Below, piece by piece: positions 9,785-18,922 of a stretch of DNA of 64,000 nucleotides. The stretch lies in the NCBI GenBank assembly GCA_963792415.1, contig CAWBVY010000001.1, forward strand, positions 1-64,000. Direction: 5' to 3'. Made by a program: the position numbers and the translations under genes. This stretch comes from Candidatus Deferrimicrobiaceae bacterium (lineage in GTDB: Bacteria; Desulfobacterota; Deferrimicrobia; Deferrimicrobiales; Deferrimicrobiaceae). Each line of letters opens with the position of its first letter. Position 1 is the first letter of the stretch. The notes beneath the pieces are model-generated. The model had not been told where the DNA came from and made no database searches. It was given only the letters and a program-made list of their open reading frames with translations.

Positions 9785-10632
9785 CGCGGCCGCACGTTCG
9801 CCTAGCCCGCATTTCTCACCAGGCTTCTACTACGGTGGCGGATACGGGCATGTCTACTGCGTTCCGCTCGGTCGGGCTCCTCAGCGTAGTTTCAACTACG
9901 CCTCCGGGGCCCTCCCGTCGCGCGCCTTGTATCCACGCCCGTCTCCACCCCCTCGCTACGAACCCTGGTGAGAAATGCGAGCTCGGATTCACCCTCCTCG
10001 AGATCCTGCTCGCCCTGTCGGTGCTCTCGGTCATCCTCCTGCTCCTGATCTCGGCGTTCACGGGGGCGGCCAGGGTGCGCGAGACGCTCTCCTCGAAAGC
10101 GCGCGAATTCCGGCAGATCCGCCTCGTCCTCGACCGCGTCGGGACCGACCTCATGTGCGCCTTCGCGGTCTCGGCGCGGGCGGAGTCCGCGCTCTCCCTG
10201 CGCGAGGATGAACTCTCGGGGCTGCCGGCGGCAACCCTCACCTTCACGTCCTTCCAGCTGCCCGACGGGGATACCGGCCACCCTCCCGCGGAAATCGTCA
10301 AAATCCGGTATTTCCCGAGAATCGGGGCCGACGGCGTCACCCTCGAGCTGCACCGGGAGCAATCCGACCTCCCGTTCGTCGAGAACAAGATCCCCCTAAG
10401 GGAATCCCGGGTGGCGGAAGGGTTGCGGGGCTTCCGCGTCGAGGCGTTCGACGGGACGACGTGGGTCAAGGAGTGGCCCGCGAGCGGGGGGACGAAGACG
10501 ACGCTGCCGAAGAAAATCGCCGTCACGCTTGTGGACACGCGCGGTGAGACGTTCCGCCGGGAGGTCCCGATCCACCTGGCCGGCCAGGAGGGAAGCGTCA
10601 CCTGGTCCGGACGGCGGAGCGTGGGAAAGTAA
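9781..10632 (+). CDS. gspJ: Minor pseudopilin J with a 60-codon in-frame insertion in its leader
   Basis: ATG overlaps the gspI stop; GFTLLEILLAL begins at ~9985; C-terminal WVKEWP...LPKKIAVTL. Confidence 0.85.
   Translation: MTRPHVRLARISHQASTTVADTGMSTAFRSVGLLSVVSTTPPGPSRRAPCIHARLHPLATNPGEKCELGFTLLEILLALSVLSVILLLLISAFTGAARVRETLSSKAREFRQIRLVLDRVGTDLMCAFAVSARAESALSLREDELSGLPAATLTFTSFQLPDGDTGHPPAEIVKIRYFPRIGADGVTLELHREQSDLPFVENKIPLRESRVAEGLRGFRVEAFDGTTWVKEWPASGGTKTTLPKKIAVTLVDTRGETFRREVPIHLAGQEGSVTWSGRRSVGK
9802..9985. mobile_element. MITE-like palindromic element, 22-bp terminal inverted repeats, CTAG-type ends
   Basis: CTAGCCCGCATTTCTCACCAGG (9802-9823) vs CCTGGTGAGAAATGCGAGCTCG (9964-9985), 20/22 complementary; central hairpin GCGTAGT-TTCA-ACTACGC. 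Confidence 0.8.
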
Positions 10633-11591
10633 TGACCCGGCGGCGCGATAACGAGAAGGGGATCGCCCTCCTCGTCACCCTCCTGATCCTCGTGCTCGTC
10701 GTCGCCCTCGTCCACGAGGTCTTCCGCATCGGGACCCAGTCGGCCCAGTCCGGCGCGTACGGGAGGGATTCCATCCGCTGCATCCTGCTGGCGGAAGGGG
10801 GGACCGGCGCGGCGCGGATCGCCTTGCGGATCGACGCGCGGGACAACCAGTACGACACCCTCGACGAGATCTGGTCGCGGGCCGCCCTGCCGATCTCGCT
10901 GGGGGACGCCGAAGTCCGGGTCACCATCGAGGACGAGGAACGGAAGCTCGACCTGAACCGCATCATGCTGCCGAACGGGAACGCGCCGGACGACCGGCGC
11001 CTCGCCGTGTTCCAGCGCCTCCTGGACACCCTCGAGATCGACCGGGCCGTGGCCGACGCCGTCGTCGACTGGCTGGACAACGACGAGAATCCCCGCGTCG
11101 GCGGTGCGGAGAGCTCGTACTACCTCGGCCTTCCGAACCCGTACGGGGCGAAGAACGACCTGTTCGACACGATCGGGGAGCTGCGCCTGGTGCGCGGCGT
11201 GACCGGCGAGGTCTTCGAGAAGCTGCGTCCCTTCGTGACCGTCTCCTCCTCCGGAATGGTGAACCTCAACACCGCGCCGAAGGAGGTGCTCATGTCCCTC
11301 TCGGCCGGGACGGACCTGGCGGAAGGCGGGGCGATCGACGCGAAGACCGCCGACGAGATCATCAACTACCGGCAGGACCACCCCTTCACGACCGCGAGCC
11401 AGATCGGAAACGTCTCCCCGTTCCTGCGGGATCTGTACGCCCGGACCTTGATCAGGAACCTGGTGGATGTCCGGTCGACGTATTTCCACGTGCGGTCGTC
11501 CGGGGATGCCGGCGGGACCGTCCGGACGATCGACGCCATCGGCATTCGCCAGGGAAATGAGATACAATGGCGCTTCTGGCGCATCGAGTAG
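10632..11591 (+). CDS. gspK: Minor pseudopilin K
   Basis: GIALLVTLLIL; IEDEERKLDLN; DWLDND; ELRLVRGV; VNLNTAPKEVL. Confidence 0.93.
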   Translation: MTRRRDNEKGIALLVTLLILVLVVALVHEVFRIGTQSAQSGAYGRDSIRCILLAEGGTGAARIALRIDARDNQYDTLDEIWSRAALPISLGDAEVRVTIEDEERKLDLNRIMLPNGNAPDDRRLAVFQRLLDTLEIDRAVADAVVDWLDNDENPRVGGAESSYYLGLPNPYGAKNDLFDTIGELRLVRGVTGEVFEKLRPFVTVSSSGMVNLNTAPKEVLMSLSAGTDLAEGGAIDAKTADEIINYRQDHPFTTASQIGNVSPFLRDLYARTLIRNLVDVRSTYFHVRSSGDAGGTVRTIDAIGIRQGNEIQWRFWRIE

Positions 11592-11620
11592 AGCCGCCAA
11601 TGCCCCCCCGGAGGGACCCG

Positions 11621-13246
11621 ATGATCGGTTTTCGCCCCAGTGCAGCGTCCTGCACCCGTTTCCTGCTCGTGTTCGCATCGATCCTCGGCCTCGCCGCGGC
11701 CGCGCGGGCCGAAGGGATCTTCCCGGTGAACAACGCCGGGACCGGGAACTGGGTGTTCGACCAACCCTCCGTCGTGGCCAACGGATCGCTCCTTCACGTC
11801 GCGTTCGTGGGCGACAGCACCGCCGGCGCGGACGCCTCGCCCGACACCAGGCTCTATTACGCGGCGGTCAACGGAGCGGCGGACTTCACGAACAAGCTGA
11901 CAACCCGCGCCCAGGTTCTCGTCACTTCCCCGGTGGCGATCGACAACGGCACCGCATACACCGGTGCCCGTCACCCGCAGATCGCGATGCGCACCTCGAC
12001 CGAACTGGTGGTCCTCTTCCAGGCGATCCCCCTCGGCGACACGAGTCCCAAGCTCTTCCGCGCACGGGTGACGATCGCGAACAACAACGTGACCTCCAAC
12101 CACGTGGACGAGATCCGGAGCGCGGCGGGGGGGAGAATGCCGGGAGGACTGACCGATCCCTCCTTCAACCTCGTTGTTGGCGACGACGCCCTGAGGGTCG
12201 CCTATTCCTCATCCCCGTCCCTGGTGAGCGGTTCGGCGTACTCGGACGTGTACTACGCGCGCGTAGGGATCGATAACAGCCAGGTGGTCAATTCCCCGAT
12301 CCTGCTGACGAAAACGGCCAGCAGCACCGGCGTGATGCCCCTGCCCCGCCTTAAGATCGACAGCGGCAAGAACAGCAACATCGTCTGGGCGGCCAACAAT
12401 TCGACGGGCACGCTGTCCCCGACGGGAATCTATTACGCGATGGTGCAAATCGTCCCTCCCGGCGTCGCGGACAACCTCGCCATCGGCGCCACCCAGGTAC
12501 TCTCGGGGGGCTACCGGTGGGGATTCCCCAGTGTCTTCCTGACCAGCGCGACCGCCGTCTGGATCCTCGCCGCCGACGAACCACCGACCGGTTCGACCGG
12601 ATTGGCGGCATCCGTCGGAATCTCCGCGGTCAACCCGTACGCCGTGATCCACGACGGGAACCCGGTGAACATCAACAACGTCGGAGCGAATGCCGCGTTT
12701 TTCCTCAACCCGCCGGGAGGATCCGTGCTCTCTACCGACTTCGACGCGTACCGTCCCGAGGCGTCTCTCGACAGCTATAACCGGCTGCATGTCTCCGGAT
12801 ACGGATTCCGCGGCGCCCCCCCGCTCTACCAGGGAACTCCCGGAAGGTACTACGTGATGTCGCTTGGAAGCGCGTCGTCGAGCAGCGGGACGTCCTCCGT
12901 TTTCGCCACCATGCTCGCGTCCCCCGTCTTCATCGGGACCGGCGACGTCGCGTTCGCCACGCAGCTCCCCAATGACTACACGCGACCGGCGTTCTCCCAC
13001 TTCAGCGGGAAGTCCGTCAACTTCTGGTCGGGGCCGGACACCGTGGTGCCGGGGGCGCGCAACCTCTACGTCACCAGCACCTTCGCGCCCGTCGACCCCT
13101 CGGAACCACAGTCCGGCTGCTCGATGGTCGACAACCCGCGCCGCGGTGAAGCGGGAAGGATCCCGGGCGCCGCCATGCTCCTGCTCCCGGCCGCCCTCCT
13201 CGCGCTCCGCAGAGCGGCCCGGAAGGCATTTGCCCGGTCCCGGTAA
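11621..13246 (+). CDS. Secreted beta-rich surface protein with Cys-containing C-terminal sorting signal
   Basis: Signal peptide ending AAARA; C-terminus SGCSMV...AAMLLLPAALLALRRAARK (Cys motif, TM, Arg cluster); GGAGG RBS. Confidence 0.75.
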   Translation: MIGFRPSAASCTRFLLVFASILGLAAAARAEGIFPVNNAGTGNWVFDQPSVVANGSLLHVAFVGDSTAGADASPDTRLYYAAVNGAADFTNKLTTRAQVLVTSPVAIDNGTAYTGARHPQIAMRTSTELVVLFQAIPLGDTSPKLFRARVTIANNNVTSNHVDEIRSAAGGRMPGGLTDPSFNLVVGDDALRVAYSSSPSLVSGSAYSDVYYARVGIDNSQVVNSPILLTKTASSTGVMPLPRLKIDSGKNSNIVWAANNSTGTLSPTGIYYAMVQIVPPGVADNLAIGATQVLSGGYRWGFPSVFLTSATAVWILAADEPPTGSTGLAASVGISAVNPYAVIHDGNPVNINNVGANAAFFLNPPGGSVLSTDFDAYRPEASLDSYNRLHVSGYGFRGAPPLYQGTPGRYYVMSLGSASSSSGTSSVFATMLASPVFIGTGDVAFATQLPNDYTRPAFSHFSGKSVNFWSGPDTVVPGARNLYVTSTFAPVDPSEPQSGCSMVDNPRRGEAGRIPGAAMLLLPAALLALRRAARKAFARSR

Positions 13247-14099
13247 GCGTCGGATCCCGGAGGGGCTCCGGGGCCGCGCGATCGTCGCGATCGGCGCGCT
13301 CCTCTTCCTGGCCTCGCTCTCCGCCGCGGTGGCCCTCACGCTTCCGGCGGACACGATCCTCTCCACCCTCCAACCCGTGCTCCGGAGCCACGGAGTCGAC
13401 CTGTCGGCGCAGGATACCCGGTTCGTCTTCCCCGCGGGGATCCGTCTCTCGGGGGTCACCCTCTCCTTCCCGGGGAATCCGTCCGTCGCCCTGGACGAGA
13501 TCGTCGCATCGTGGGAGTGGACCGGGTTGTTCCGATGGGCACCCGCACGGCTGGAGCTCCGGAAGGGCGCCGCTTTCGCGGATCTCCGCTTCTCCCCCGC
13601 CTTCTGGAATCCGGGGAGCGGACAAATTCTCCTGTCGGGCTTCTCCTCGTCCGATCTCCCGCCTTCGCTCTTCGCGACGTCCGGGGCGGGGTTTTCCATC
13701 CGCCGGATCGAGTCCCGATGGAACGTGCGCGATGGAAAGGTGGCAGCGAACGGGGCGGGGACGTTCGACTTCCTCCTGGTTCCCATTCCCACGCCCGGGT
13801 CCCCGGTCCGCGACGCGCGGATCGAGGAGGTCTCCCTCTCGTTCCTGATCCGGGAGAAGTCCCTGCTGATCCCGAAATTCGCGGGGACGTTCGAGGGGTC
13901 CCAGGTGGAAGGCACGGGAGAGATCAAGGGGGTCCTGTCCCCCCGGAATTCGATGATGACGTTGCTCCTGAGGATACAGAACCCGTTCGAAGGCCGCGTC
14001 GGCCTTCTGTTCGACATGCTGTCGAAAAACGCAAAGAATGTTAATCTTAGGATTGTCGGTACGCTGACCGCCCCGAAGGGCGAGTTCCAGTTCTTCTGA
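13230..14099 (+). CDS. gspN: Type II secretion protein N (deltaproteobacterial type)
   Basis: TTG start with GGAAGG RBS; N-terminal TM then beta-rich body ending LRIVGTLTAP; precedes gspL/gspM. Confidence 0.65.
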   Translation: MPGPGKRRIPEGLRGRAIVAIGALLFLASLSAAVALTLPADTILSTLQPVLRSHGVDLSAQDTRFVFPAGIRLSGVTLSFPGNPSVALDEIVASWEWTGLFRWAPARLELRKGAAFADLRFSPAFWNPGSGQILLSGFSSSDLPPSLFATSGAGFSIRRIESRWNVRDGKVAANGAGTFDFLLVPIPTPGSPVRDARIEEVSLSFLIREKSLLIPKFAGTFEGSQVEGTGEIKGVLSPRNSMMTLLLRIQNPFEGRVGLLFDMLSKNAKNVNLRIVGTLTAPKGEFQFF

Positions 14100-14108
14100 C
14101 GGGGGACC

Positions 14109-15482
14109 ATGTACACGATCGGAATCTCGATCTCCCGCGACCGGATCTGCGCCGTCGCGCTCGAGGAAGCAACGCCCGTCCGCCGCGTAGCGGCGGCCGT
14201 GGTCGTACCGTGCTCCGAACCGTTCGGAGCCCCGGCGGACGCGGCTGCGCTTTCGGAGGCCCTCCGCAACGCGCTGCCGGGGATTCCCCTCCCGGGCGCG
14301 GTGCTGACGCTGCCGCCGCCGCTGACGTTCCTCCGGCCGATGACGCTCCCGGTGACCGATCTTCCGAGGGCGAGAGCGATCCACCTGGCCGAACTCGAGG
14401 GGAACCTGCCGATCGAGGACGAGGAGATCCTGTCCGACCTCCTGCCGGCCCCGCGGAAAGGATCGGGGCTCTTCTTCGCGGTCGCCGCGCGCCGATCGTT
14501 CGTGGAAAACGCGGCGGGGCATTTCGGGACCGCCGGAATCCGGGTGGACCGCGTGGTCACCGATCCGGTCGCCCTCCTTCTTCTCGCCCCCGACGACGCC
14601 GGTGCGCCGCGGGACGGGATCTACCTTTCGACCTTCAACGACATCCTGCTGCTGCGGGTCTCCGAGGGCGGCGTAAGGACGGTGCGGCAGTTTCCCCAAC
14701 CGATGGCGGACCGCCCCGAGGAACTCCTGGGCGCGCTTCGGGAGGCCGCGGGGGATGCCGGCGACGCTCCGCCCGCGGTGTTCCTGATCGGCGAGACGCC
14801 TGCGCCCCTGGCGGACGCCCTTCCCGACGCCCAACAGGTTCCGCTCCCTGATGGAGTTTCCTCCGCCCATCTTGCCGCGTACGGGGCGGCGTTGGCCCCG
14901 CTCCGCCCGGACGTGGGGGGAGGCTTTTCGCTGCGGACGTCGGCGGAGGCCGCGCTGGAACGGGAGCGGGATCGTCGCTGGAAGCTCATCACCGGGGTCG
15001 CGGCGGGCGTCGCCGTCCTCCTCGCTCTGGGTGCCTTCCTCTTCGCCGGCTGGGCCGAGGGGGAAAAGGCGACCCGCGCGCGCGCCCTCGTGAGGAAGGA
15101 GTTCGCGGCGGTCGCCCCGGACGTTCGCAACGTCGTTCAGGCGGGAGTCCAGATCCGCGCGAAGCTCGACTCCCTCCGGCGCGAGCAGAAGGAACTCGGG
15201 ACCGACGCTCCCCCGCCCGCCGACATCCTCCAGCTCGCCTCCAAGGCGCTTCCAAAGGGGGAGATCGTTGCGCGGGAGATCTCGATCGAGGGGGGTCGCC
15301 TGCGGATCGAGGGCGACGCGGGGAGCGACGCGCGCCTGGTCGAGACATATCGAGCCGCCCTGGCGGACGCGTTCGGCCCCGACTATTCGGCGACCGTGCA
15401 GGAATCCGGGGGAAGCGTGAAGGGCACGTCCGTCAAATTCACCATCCTCGTCGAGAAAAAGGGGGACCGCCGTGCTTCGTGA
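14109..15482 (+). CDS. gspL: Type II secretion protein L (actin-like cytoplasmic domain + TM)
   Basis: PilM/GspL-like N-terminus (IGISISRDRICAV, LEGNLPIE), single TM, periplasmic ferredoxin-like C-terminus. Confidence 0.75.
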   Translation: MYTIGISISRDRICAVALEEATPVRRVAAAVVVPCSEPFGAPADAAALSEALRNALPGIPLPGAVLTLPPPLTFLRPMTLPVTDLPRARAIHLAELEGNLPIEDEEILSDLLPAPRKGSGLFFAVAARRSFVENAAGHFGTAGIRVDRVVTDPVALLLLAPDDAGAPRDGIYLSTFNDILLLRVSEGGVRTVRQFPQPMADRPEELLGALREAAGDAGDAPPAVFLIGETPAPLADALPDAQQVPLPDGVSSAHLAAYGAALAPLRPDVGGGFSLRTSAEAALERERDRRWKLITGVAAGVAVLLALGAFLFAGWAEGEKATRARALVRKEFAAVAPDVRNVVQAGVQIRAKLDSLRREQKELGTDAPPPADILQLASKALPKGEIVAREISIEGGRLRIEGDAGSDARLVETYRAALADAFGPDYSATVQESGGSVKGTSVKFTILVEKKGDRRAS

Positions 15483-15996
15483 CCGGGAGAAGCGCGTCCT
15501 CCTGTTCGGAGGGGCCGCGGCCGTCGTCATCCTTATCCTCGCCTTCGTCGTGATCCCGGGAGCCTCGCGGATCAAATCGCAGGCGCGCGCGGTCGCCGCT
15601 GCCGAGGCCGACCTCGCCGAGGTGCGCAAGGCGCGCCCCGAGATCGAGCGGATCAAGAGTGAAACCGGCGCAAAGGCGGGCATCGTGCGGTCCGCCGCCA
15701 ACGTGAAGGACGCCCCCTTGTCGAGAATCACCTCCGCGCTCCAGGAAGCGGGGATTCCACAGTCGGCGTTGAACATCAAGTCGGGCGGCATGCGCAACGG
15801 AGATCTGTTCCGCGAGGAGTCGTTCGACGTCCGGATCGAGAACCTCACGTACCTCGAAGCCGTCAAGGCGCTGCAGCGGCTCTCGGCGGGATCGCTCCCG
15901 GTGGCGATCCGCTCCGCCACCCTCAAGAGCCGCTACGACGACCCCCGCTACCTCGATGTGACTCTCCGTGTCGGATTTTTCACACCAAAGTCCTAG
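15472..15996 (+). CDS. gspM: Type II secretion protein M
   Basis: REKRVLLFGG + TM, coiled coil, EESFDVRIENL...LDVTLRV. Confidence 0.8.
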   Translation: MLRDREKRVLLFGGAAAVVILILAFVVIPGASRIKSQARAVAAAEADLAEVRKARPEIERIKSETGAKAGIVRSAANVKDAPLSRITSALQEAGIPQSALNIKSGGMRNGDLFREESFDVRIENLTYLEAVKALQRLSAGSLPVAIRSATLKSRYDDPRYLDVTLRVGFFTPKS

Positions 15997-16774
15997 GGCC
16001 CGGCGCCTCCTCTCCCTCCTCCTGCTCGCGGTCTCCCTGCCGCTGGCGTGCGGGTGCCTGTCCGGGGAGAAGCGGCGGACCTTCTCCCCCCCGGACGAGG
16101 AACTTCTCGGGGCGAAGGCCGACCCGCGGCTGCGCAAGGAGGCGGAGACGGGCGGGAGCGAACCGTTCGCGGCGATCGCGGTCTACAGGAACGATGTCTT
16201 CCTCTATCAGTCGGAGACTCTCGGAAAATCGTCCCTGACGGTTTTGAACGAGATGGGGCGTACCGTCATCCTGCTGCTCTCTTCCGGACAGATCGTCCCC
16301 CTCCTCAAGGACCCCGACCTGCAGAAAGCGGCCTGGATCGGACCGCAGGGACTCCTGGCCCGGCTTGACCCGTCGCTGGAGCTCGATCTGCTCACCCGCT
16401 TCGGCGCGGGGACGGAGAACCGGGACGTGAACCTGCTGCTTCGGCTCGTGGACGTCGGCGGAGCCGGGGAGGAGCGGTCCGTCGCCGCCGCCGGGTTCCG
16501 CGTCGTCGCCAGGACCGGCCCGACCTGGGTCGTCACCGGCCCGATGTCGGGACTCCCGAAGCTGCTGGAAATCGACCGGATCATCTACATCGAGAAGGCG
16601 GGGACCGAACCGTCCGGCGTCGCGGTGACGAAGGAGGTTCCCCATTCGAAAGAGACGATCCCGGAGATCCGGGACCGGGAGAAGACGAATCCGCTTCCCG
16701 CCAGGGGGGACACGGCGATCCATCCCCACACGATTCCCCGCCCCGGGAATGACAACGAGACGAGGAAAGAATGA
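15968..16774 (+). CDS. Putative lipoprotein with two internal repeats
   Basis: Signal peptide with LACGC lipobox; repeats begin KADPRL and RLDPSL. Confidence 0.6.
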   Translation: MSDFSHQSPRARRLLSLLLLAVSLPLACGCLSGEKRRTFSPPDEELLGAKADPRLRKEAETGGSEPFAAIAVYRNDVFLYQSETLGKSSLTVLNEMGRTVILLLSSGQIVPLLKDPDLQKAAWIGPQGLLARLDPSLELDLLTRFGAGTENRDVNLLLRLVDVGGAGEERSVAAAGFRVVARTGPTWVVTGPMSGLPKLLEIDRIIYIEKAGTEPSGVAVTKEVPHSKETIPEIRDREKTNPLPARGDTAIHPHTIPRPGNDNETRKE

Positions 16775-18894
16775 ACCCCCGAAGATATTTCCATGAAATC
16801 CGCGCGGCGCGTCCCTTCCTCCCCTGGTTCGTCTCCGTCGCCGTGATCCTCCTCGCCGTCGCGGGTTCCGGCGATTCCGCGGGATCCGGGCCGGCGCCGG
16901 TCACCGGAGATCCCCTCACGAAGCGTGTCTCGTTCGTCCGGGAGTCGATCGACGAGATCCGCGCGCTTGCCCCCTTCCGGGAGAAGAACGGTACCCGAAA
17001 ACCGGGTCATCCCCTTCCGCCGACTCCCCAGGGGAAATGGCGCCACCGGAGAAGCCGACGTGCCGGTGGCGGCGCCGGTCCTTGCGAACCCATCCCTTGC
17101 TTCGTCTCCCGCCCCCCTGGCGCCGGCGCTCGACAGCAGTTTCGCGGGGCTTGGCAACCCCCCCCACGGCCAGGATGTAATCCCCCCCGACACGATGGGG
17201 GCGGCGGGCCCCAGCCATCTCGTGAGCCTCCTGAACAGCGACTTCGGGGTGTTCAGCAAGTCGGGCACATTGCTTCAAAAGGTATCCCTGCAGAATTTCT
17301 GGGCGTCCCTCGGAACGGCGGACGGAGAGCCGGCGAATTTTCCGTTCGACCCGAAAATCCTCTACGACCAGTACAGCGGGCGGTTTGTCGCCGTCACGCT
17401 CGGGGGAACCGACTCCCCGGATTCCTGGGTGATGGTCGCACTCTCCTCCACGTCCGATCCCCTGGGCCCGTGGGACAAGTGGGCGATCGACGCGGACCTC
17501 GAAGACACCGCGACACAAACAAATAATTCAGCTGATTATCCAGGACTTGGAGTGGATCAGTTCAACATTTACATCACAGCAAACATGTTCGACGGGAACG
17601 GCGGTGCCCAGTACGGCAAAGTGTGGGTCATTCCGAAACCCCAGCTCCTGACCAACCCGGGCGCCACCATCACGTGGTTCGAATTCCGAGCCGCCAACCT
17701 TACGGGTTTCTCCAGGCAGCCCGCCCACTCCTTCGGCGCCGCCGCCGCGGAGTATCTCGTCTCCGAGGGGTCTTCCAGCCAGCTTCTCCTTACCCGGATC
17801 GACAACGCCTCCGGCGTTCCCGTGCTGCACCCCCCGCTGCCGATCCAGGTGGCCTCATACGCCTCCAGGAGTTCCACGCCGGGCGCGCCGCAACCGGGAA
17901 ACGACAACACCATCGACACTTCGGACACGCGGGTGCTGAACGCCGTGTACCGGAACGGCTCGGTCTGGGCCACCCACCACGTCGTCGGCCCGGGAGGAAA
18001 AGTCGAGGTCGCCTGGTACCGGATCGATCCGGCCGCAAATTCCGGTTCCGGTGCCGTCCTGGCCCAGGGACGGATCCGCGACGCCGTTCGCTGGTACTAC
18101 TACCCTTCGATCGCGGTCAACCAGGACGATGTCGCCGCGGTCGGATTCAGCGGCTCTTCCACCGACGAGTTCGCCGGGGGGTATTACACCATCATCCGAC
18201 CGTCGACGGGGATCGCGGACCCGGTGAGCCCGCTGAAGTCCGGGGAAGCCCCGTACTACAAAACCTTCACGAGCGGCACCAACCGATGGGGGGACTTCAG
18301 CGCCACGATGGTCGATCCGGGCGACGACACGTCGTTCTGGACCCTTCAGGAATATGCCGGTCTTCCGGTTTCAGGGATCTCCCAGTGGGGAACCTGGTGG
18401 GGGAAGTTCCGTCCTTCCGACGTCCTCTCGCCGACCGGGTTGACCGCCACGGCGGACAATGCCACCCAGGTCACCCTTCGCTGGACCGATCCGGCGACGA
18501 ACGAAACCGGATATGTCGTCGAACGGAAGCTCGGGGCGGCGGGTACGTTCGAACTCCTCACCTCCCCCCCCTCCCTCCGGACAGCGTCACGTACGTGGAC
18601 ACCGTGGGGCTCGTTGCCGGCACAACGTATTTTTATCGGGTCGGCGCGGTCGGCTCCACCGGCACATCGTATTCCATCGAAGTCCCGGTCACGATCCCGG
18701 GATCGCCCCCGTCCTCCGGAGGAGGCGGTGGCGGAGGAGGATGCCTTTCGGTCGCACGATCCGGGGGCGGGGCGTCGATCGGATCGTCGCTCTTCTCCGC
18801 CGGGATCCTCCTCCTGCCCGCGTGCGCCCTCGGGTTGCGCCGTTTTTTCCTTCGGGGAGAGCGGGCCGTCCCGATCCGGCACCCCCTTTGCTAA
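16771..18894 (+). CDS. Secreted beta-propeller-like protein + fibronectin III domain + Gly/Cys C-terminal sorting signal, split by two single-base frameshifts
   Basis: Signal peptide in frame 16771; PPDTMGAAGP, FDPKILYD, DYPGLG, RWGDF and FN3 start in frame 16925; FN3 end and GGGGGGGGCLSV...ILLLPACALGLRR in frame 17623; shifts near 16985 and in the C-tract at ~18561-18575. Confidence 0.72.
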
Positions 18895-18922
18895 GAAAGG
18901 GCGGAACGAGGCGGAGGGGGCG

